From contig CAJINV010000039.1 of the NCBI GenBank assembly GCA_905178155.1, positions 27,159 through 48,190 on the forward strand: a DNA stretch of 21,032 nt. Direction: 5' to 3'. How positions within the stretch are numbered: the stretch's first letter is position 1; every line of letters starts with the position of its first letter. This DNA is from Amoebophrya sp. A120 (Eukaryota > Protista > Dinoflagellata). Made by a program: the position numbers and the translations under genes. This document shows positions 1 to 6,620 of the stretch, one piece after another. The notes below the pieces were generated by a model. The model was not told the origin of the DNA, made no database searches, and saw nothing but the letters and a program-made list of their open reading frames with translations.

Positions 1-37
1 GATGAAGAATTTGAAGAAATCAGGCTCTCTTGGTTAG

Positions 38-102
38 GATTTTACTCAGACCCGGCGGCCCCGGTAAAATCTTTACCGGGGACCCCCGACCCCGGTAAAA
101 TC
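38..102. repeat. Small inverted/direct repeat cluster (MITE- or introner-like)
   Basis: GATTTTAC (38-45) is the reverse complement of GTAAAATC (64-71 and 95-102). Perfect hairpin CCCCGGTAAA-atc-TTTACCGGGG at 59-81. Direct repeat CCCCGGTAAAATC at 59-71 and 90-102. Confidence 0.6.
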
Positions 103-304
103 GTGAGCATACAGAGCGAGAAGTAGGTCCCAGAATGACTAGTGATCTGGATCCTTAGAGTCTGTGATGAGTGGATGACGACCATGATGAAACTTGAATG
201 ATGAATCTTCACAGGATGCAACGCAGCCAGAGGCTTTCGCCCTGTCTGCTGAGAGATTGAAGTGTTTGTGGTGTTTGAAGAACCTTTTCAGGTAGAAGCT
301 TGAG

Positions 305-622
305 TCACTCAGTGTGGCAGGTGTGTTCAAAGTCCAACACTTCGGCGTGAATCTCATGTAGTCTGCTCGTCTGTTTCTGTGAGACAGACCATGGATCATT
401 GAATTTGAATCGCACAGAGACACAGAATAAAACGACATATAGGTGATGGGGAAGGCGTAATTGTATGATTATCGAGGAGCTGGCTTTTTCAGCTCTGTTG
501 TTGTTGAAAACAGGATTAGCCGGAGGATGTGAGGCCGAGATGGATCCATGAAAGTTTTGCCGCTCAACAAATTTAACCAAAGTTCTTCGGTCTCTATCAG
601 TTGATAAATATTTGAAGCCAAT
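305..622 (-). CDS. Putative coding exon of an unknown minus-strand gene ('gene C'), divergent from A1
   Basis: Open frame IGFKYLSTDRDRRTLVKFVERQNFHGSISASHPPANPVF...LRLPHHLYVVLFCVSVRFKFNDPWS...LHEIHAE. It aligns to the copy at 15886-16280 with many synonymous third-position changes (att/atc, act/aca, aac/aat, ccc/cct, tat/tac, gtt/gtg, aaa/aag). A possible acceptor ccttctatgaaAG precedes it on the minus strand. Exon limits are uncertain. Confidence 0.45.
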   Translation of the reverse strand: MGFKYLSTDRDRRTLVKFVERQNFHGSISASHPPANPVFNNNRAEKASSSIIIQLRLPHHLYVVLFCVSVRFKFNDPWSVSQKQTSRLHEIHAEVLDFEHTCHTE

Positions 623-1061
623 CTTTCATAGAAGGGAGGCGCACGTAGAACGGGAAAATGGATATCAGAGCATTAAATCAGTCGTGACATTCTTACGGCA
701 TGAGATCCGCCGGCTGTAGTCAAGAAAAGTGCCCTCTCGATACAATCCTTTTTCAATTTTTTCGCTTCTTTCAGAAGACGACAAATTAAGTACTTGCCCT
801 GCCAGCTGCTAATTTTTCAGCGGTCGAATACGTATTCTAGAAATTGTGCCTAAGTACATTTTCTTGATTAGAAATACCAAGCTCAGTTTCAGCCCTGCTT
901 TATGTAAAATATTTCAGTTTCAGTCCTGTACTTCTCAGCATACCTATATTCGCGCAGAAGCAGGTGGAACCCCTACGCTGCTCACCTCATGATTTCTCGC
1001 GTTTTGCGCATTCGTATTTTTTGCAAGGTCTACCAGCACGACCTATAACCAACTTCGTCAG

Positions 1062-4000
1062 ATGAGCATTTGGTCACTGAGGGACTCTGACCCGCGGCAC
1101 AGTGATAGCGCAGTTGAAGAGCGGCGGATCAGAGTTTGTAATCTTGCAGGTGACCCCGTGTGCGAACTCAGTACATCAAGTGAGCAACGACCGGAGACAT
1201 GTATACCTGTGACGCAAGAGAAATCCTGCGACTTATCGTGCCACGATGCCGCCCGCGCCGCAGAAACCGAAGCAATGTCTTTCAACGAAGCTGGACGCAG
1301 CGACCAAAGCGCGATCGTGTCAGAGGTCCGACTGGGAGCGATTATGCAGATGGTCGAAGCCGCAACCTCTCACCCTGCGGAGGACCAGATGTACTTCTGG
1401 GGCAGCACTTATGATGATAGGCAGCACCCAATCGAAGCGCTCGAGCCTCGCTCGGAAGCGGAACACGCGGAAGAGCATCGTCGTGGGCGTCCTGCGGAAG
1501 AACAAGAAAAATTCTTGTACGACCCTCGGCTCGCAATTCCAGTCGACGTCGATATAGTAACTGTCGTCTTCGACGAGCGTCCGTCGAAAGCTCTGGTGTC
1601 TATTTCCAACTACTTGGAGAGGCAAGTTTGGCACTGCTTCCATCATGCTCTTGGTACCTTTGGGGAGGATTTTCTAGAAGAGTCTGCTTTTTGGTCTGAT
1701 GATGAAGAAGGAGCCGTAACGAACAATCTACACGGCGCTGCAGCAGAAGAGGACGACGCTGACAGCATCCGCGAGTTAGGCAATGAAGCCACCGACTACT
1801 GCATCCGCGTAATTCAACTGAAGTATCCTGAGTATAGGTGGAACTTGTCGTTTTTGCAGAAGTTTGTCGAGCTTCGAATGCAGATTTGTCTTTTACCGGG
1901 CCAGGATCCGAGATGTTTACACGAAGATCTCGCTCGGCTATTCAACTCGGACAAAGATCTGGCCCTAGTGGCATGTCGCGCAAATGGGCTGGCGCTTAAA
2001 TATTGCGACCCTGCACTTCGTGATGACATTGAGGTAGTGCGTGTTGCTGTAAAGTGTGATTGGCGAGCACTGAAATACGCAGCGCCAACAGTCCGAGCCT
2101 CGGGCGATCCAGAGATGATCGAATCTGCGGCGCACCAATGCGGTTGGGCCTTGAAATACTTTTCCGAGACAACACAAAACGACGCTCCTGTGGTGCAGCT
2201 CTGCGTGAAGAGCAGGCCCTGGGCAATTCAGTATTCCTCGACATTGCTTTGGGACGACGACAAAGTCATGGCCTGCGTCGCCAGCGTCGATGGTCTACCT
2301 GCACTCAAGTACGCTTCGAAGCGGCTGCGAGCCTGCACGAAGCTGGTGAGGATGGCAGTGCAGAGCAACGGTTTAGCAATTAGATTTGCCTCCGAGGATC
2401 TGCGAGCCGATCGAGAGATCGCGCAGCTTGCCATTCGAAACAACCCTTATGCGGTCCGCTACTTGCAGACCCGACTGCGCAGAACTGATCTCCAGCTACT
2501 TCGAGCCACCATGAAGATGCATCTCAAGAAGACCGAAGCCGAACGTCGCACACATGCAGACACAAACGGTCAGAATTTTTTCTACGGGATGAATAATTTT
2601 TATTTCAGCTATAGTACCGGCGAGCCACAAGAAGAATTTTTGCAGCGTGACGGACGGCATCTCAAGCATGTGGAGTTCCGCGGGCTCGTAGAGCATCACT
2701 GTGACTGCAGGTGCAGGGATCACGATTTGCTCTTCAACAGGGATGCGCACGAATTAGTAGGCGGCGAATTAGATGACACTGAAGCTGGCAGAGGCGATGG
2801 GACCGATTTGCCCGTGGCAGTGCAGCCTGCCGAACGAGCCGTATGTTGGTGAAGACCTTCCGCCGTTGAACACCCACGCAATTCCACTTGTACTTAATTT
2901 CCTCCAACGGCGCATCCGACCGAGCGAGCCTTACTTTATTATGTATGATTTACTTATTTATAAATATTTCTACGGGTACGGTCCGTAGCTGCAAACAGAA
3001 GAGAGACCGAGGGCATGAGGAGGACTCTAGTCCTTGAATAAATATTCAGATACGCGCATGATTAATTAAAGTGCAACATGCTTCCATAGAGCACTCATCA
3101 CGGCGCGATCGTGCAGTGTCGCCAACTCTTTTCGTTTCAGTACTGGTTGTGTCAAGGCTACATGCGTTGCGCCACGGATATCATTCGAAGGGGATGGGGA
3201 CTCGATGGTGGAACATTTTTCATCGTTTTAGTTGGTGGGAGATGAAGACCGACACAACTTCCCGCCGAACAATAGCGCGGGTTTTGACCGACATGATGGC
3301 CCTCGACCCCTCGGACTAGAAGTATTGCATGGTGCTAGCCACGGCTTACAAGACAACAACGAACTGGTAGCGCTTTGCGTCGAGCACACCCCGGCGGCGC
3401 TAGAGTTTGCAAGTGCGAGACTGAGACGCGACAGTGGTCTCGTTCTACTGGCAATTCGGCAATTTTGCAAGGGTGTTCAAGTGGAAAATTATGACGGTAT
3501 CAGCTGGAGGATGTGGAAGCGCGAGGACGACAGCAACTTCTCTGCGTCCTGTCCCTTTCAGTACGCAGGAAAGCAGCTCCGGTCTAATATTGATTTTTTG
3601 CGAAAAGTACTTCTCGAGAGTGACATCGACATGTGCTTCGAAGAAGCGGAGCTTATCCTGTCTCACGCCGAAAAAAACGTACGCGCAGCCTTTTATGGGG
3701 GTTGCCCGGAATTAGCCACACACTTAGTGAAGCAGTACCCAAAAGCTGTCCGCTTGCTGCCGCGAGAATTTCGACAGAATCGGCAGCTTCTACTGGAGGT
3801 GCTCACTCGTGACGGAGACGCAATCAGGTATTGCAGCAGTCGCATGAAGTCCGACAAAGATATTGCAGTCGCAGCTGTTTCACACGAACTGAAAAACACG
3901 GACCTGCCCCTGATTCTCGGGCGTCTAAAAAGGACTTTGCGAGCGGACGACGCCGTGGTACGGGCTGCAGTTCAGAGGAATGGGATGTCTCTTTCTTCAG

Positions 4001-4886
4001 CACCGGGAAATTTGCGCGCCAATGCGGAAATAGCGGCCTTGGCGGTGTCAAATTTATCAAACAGAGAAAAGTCCTGAATTCAAAGCTGTACAAAGTGCAT
4101 GGGCTTGTATAGGCTGCAGTAAAGTCTAGTGTAGGCTGCAGAATGGACTGCCATGAAGAGCGCAGGCTTCGTCCCTCAATAATTTTTATTTCGTATCTAT
4201 TAATTAATTTTAAAAATTTGTAGACAAAAGGGGGGCACAACATTCATCGTTCTTGAGCAGCAGTTCTTCTGTGCGGGGAAAGAGGGCTCTCGCAAGGAAA
4301 GTTCTGTCTTTAGCCAGACCGGATCAACAATCATATGCGCATCGAGAGGTCTGACAATCAATGTAGCATAGAGCTCAAGGTCTTTCTTTTTTCATACACA
4401 CATGGCAATGCGTACGGCTCCATCAATTTCCACATTCTAGGAAAGACGATGTCCCCCGACGAACAAAAAAATCTCGCACGACGCGCTATCCTGAACGGGC
4501 TCCGGCATTCCGAGTATTTCGTTGAGAAGGCCTTGCAGTTGTGCGAGTGGGACCGCGCACTTGTATTTGAGGCGCTCAAGAACTGCGGAACTTTATTCGA
4601 CATTCTTCCCACAGAACTGCAGAGTGATCACGAAGTCATATGTTGGGCACTTCGGAACAGTCCATTCCCAATGGGGCTGTGGTGTTTGCAACGAGCGGAG
4701 CAGCGTAACCGAAAGGATTATGTACTTCTCGCGGTTCCCCGTTATCCATTCGCCATCGCCTTTGCATCGAAGGAAATGCAGCAGCACCCGGAGATTTTAC
4801 AGCTTCATCGCGAGAAGTGGGGGCATGTGAATTGGAAGGACAAGCATTGCCGCTTCGCACTGCAAGTCCAGATGACGCGCCTCTGA
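1062..4886 (+). CDS. DUF4116-repeat protein, paralogue A1; join(1062..2840,3232..~4050,~4398..4886), ~1028 aa; putative ubiquitin-like N-terminus
   Basis: Repeated DxEVVxxAVxxNGxALxYAxxxLR-type motifs (DKDLALVACRANGLALKYCDPALRDDIEVVRVAV; LVRMAVQSNGLAIRFASEDLRADREIAQLAIRNN; DDAVVRAAVQRNGMSLSSAPGNLRANAEIAALAV). ORFs 1062..2852, 3232..4077 and 4335..4886 are colinear with the two-exon B protein. Coding indels versus A2 are all 3 nt. Confidence 0.85.
2841..3231 (+). other. Intron 1 of A1 (391 nt, GT-AG, phase 0) with terminal stem
   Basis: GTATGT donor at 2841 and tttttcatcgttttAG acceptor at 3231. Removal joins ...PAERA|LVGDEDRHN... in frame. The B paralogues are uninterrupted here. The A2 copy is 390 nt, a non-triplet difference. 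Confidence 0.85.
4051..4397 (+). other. Intron 2 of A1 (~347 nt, probably non-canonical, boundaries +/-3 nt)
   Basis: Removal gives EIAALAVS-x-HGNAY, restoring the AVxxNG repeat register and matching B (EIAFLAVS-K-NGNAY). In-frame stop at 4075-4077, AT-rich core, imperfect terminal inverted repeat ~4055-4090 / ~4362-4396. Confidence 0.7.
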
Positions 4887-5100
4887 TTTACAGTGAGCCG
4901 CGATCGGTTAATCCAGCTCTCCGTGTGTAAGTACTTAAGCAACCGTAATCCAGGACTACACTTCGGAAAACTTTGGGAGCCTTACACTTTGACGTATTTT
5001 CCATTGTAGAGATGACAAATAACAGTACTGCAATTCAATAACGCTCATTTGAGTCGATCCTGGCTCGTTTCTAGAGAAAGTGTACGGCAAAAAGGGAACT
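4887..5100 (+). repeat. Shared ~215 nt 3' module (putative 3' UTR) downstream of every paralogue
   Basis: acagtgagccgcgatcgg...aagcaac...ccagga...ttcggaaaacttt...cattgtagagatgacaaa...gatcctgg...cgttt...caaaaa recurs at ~10063-10280, ~15253-15468 and ~20540-20753. Confidence 0.75.
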
Positions 5101-6620
5101 GCCCCTCTTGCAATTGGCTTCTCGTCCAGCCACTCCATGCGAGAGAAAGTGCCAGCCAGACGTGGAAAATTCTCTAATTTGCTCTGGCAAACTGATTATT
5201 GTGACCAGCTATTTTTTATAACAGGTAATAGCAGTCCGTGGAAAATGTGAGAGGCCTATAGCCACAGCTTGACTTTGGGATCGTGCACTACGTACATCGA
5301 AGATGAAGATATCACGTTTTGAAAGATGAAGTGTGAGTCCAGGAAGTGTACCCTGAATCCGGAAATTTTCTTCCACTGGCTCTGAATATGGAAAGAAATC
5401 TGACTTAGTAGTCCAATCCCCTTCACGCGCCGGCAGGTGAATTCGTGGTTCTTGAGCTCCTTTGATGCCTTGTTGTCGTATGCTCAAGGACATCGAGCAG
5501 CAGCGTTTCACAGTGTTCAGGCGTCACAGGTGTAGGAGATGATCTCTTCTGAAGCTGATCCGGTGCTCGATACGTCCGAAGATACTTAACTTCGCTGTCA
5601 TCTGCAATGGCTTCGCATCATCAAAGATCCATCGGACACGGAATAAAGGAGAGCTTCCTCCGCGAAAAATAGCACGTACTAACTTGGGTATCCACGGCGC
5701 AGTCTGGAGCTGTCCGCGCCAAGATCAGGATCATCAATTTTTGTGATGTCAATCATAGGCTGCTCCAGATAATCAAAGCGCTCTCCGAAGTTACACAACG
5801 AACGAGACAAAATTGCATCGCAGATGCAGTTTTGTTGCTGTCAGCGACAAAATACTGAGTTACGGGAGCAGGCACGTTGATCGCGTGATCAGTTGCCGCA
5901 TGCACAAACGTTCGGCATTTTGTTGCAGAAGAATGGATGCTTATAGCTGTTTCTGGTAGTTCGTGATCACAAGGAAGATCTCTACAACATCTCTGCTGCT
6001 CGCAGCGATATGATTACTTTCGCGTTGTGGAGGGGGTTTGGATAAGAAAAAAACACTCTTGAAATTTTTGCAATTATTACACGGTATTTCAGGTCCCGCC
6101 GCTTTTCCACCTGCGCCTGCCTGGTTCTGTCATCTTCATGACTCACTCTCACATGTATGGAAGTGCACCACGCGATATAGTGTGGCCTCAAAAAGTCTTC
6201 TTGGGGTGCTTGTCTTTGATCTTTCTCCGATCGTCATGAGTTTAGGATGACAGATAGAATATTTTGGTTATATTTTTGTTCTTCAACCGACTGCCCGATA
6301 CGTCAATCCGAAAGGCGCAGGACAGCTTGCGTGTTTAGACTCAGCATATTATTTTTCCGTTGCTCTTTCTCGTGCTATGTGGGGTGAGAAAAAAAAGTGC
6401 GCATCTTATCAAAGATATAATGCAACAGCGAGCTTAATGGAAGACCTTGCTCCGTAGAACCACAAGAAGAGCGCCTTAACCTTACCAGTTTCGCTGCTGG
6501 ACATGTTGATGATACTGGCAAATACTTATAGATTTGTAGGTATCCACACACTATTGTCGGTGATATGGATTGGTGCTATGAACTGCAACAGCGAGTATTG
6601 AGTATTGCGCCTTTTGCAAA

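Larger units (their letters stand above)
324..5379 (+). repeat. Copy 1 of a long direct repeat (gene C fragment + gene A + start of spacer Y), offset ~15653 nt
   Basis: Matches 15977..21032. Near-identical from ~638 onward and visibly more diverged over 324-637. Anchors: 1062/16716, 4886/20539, 5379/21032. Confidence 0.95.

Noticed and set aside
139-300. FKFHHGRHPLI in a minus-strand ORF resembles the MutS GRHP motif
   Set aside because: Only four to six residues match, a stop follows soon after, and no Walker A or other MutS context is visible.
2850-4077. TGA readthrough or alternative genetic code joining the ORFs
   Set aside because: The gaps are hundreds of nt long and AT-rich, intron 1 changes frame (391 and 390 nt), and the gap sequence has no counterpart in the paralogue. 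TGA is also the true terminal stop.
4107-4141. Short direct repeat gtataggctgcag / gtgtaggctgcag in A intron 2
   Set aside because: Only two units, so a local duplication. It is not a CRISPR array or satellite.
2983-4379. Relic dinoflagellate spliced leader (ccgtagc at ~2983; gctcaag at ~4373)
   Set aside because: These are isolated 7 nt matches inside introns, not upstream of start codons. The CCATTTTGGCTCAAG core is absent.
1062-4886. Prokaryote-style operon of three separate genes (596, 281, 183 aa), or a split pseudogene
   Set aside because: The pieces are colinear with one B protein, the first gap has in-frame GT-AG ends, and the gaps take non-triplet indels between copies while coding parts take only triplet indels.
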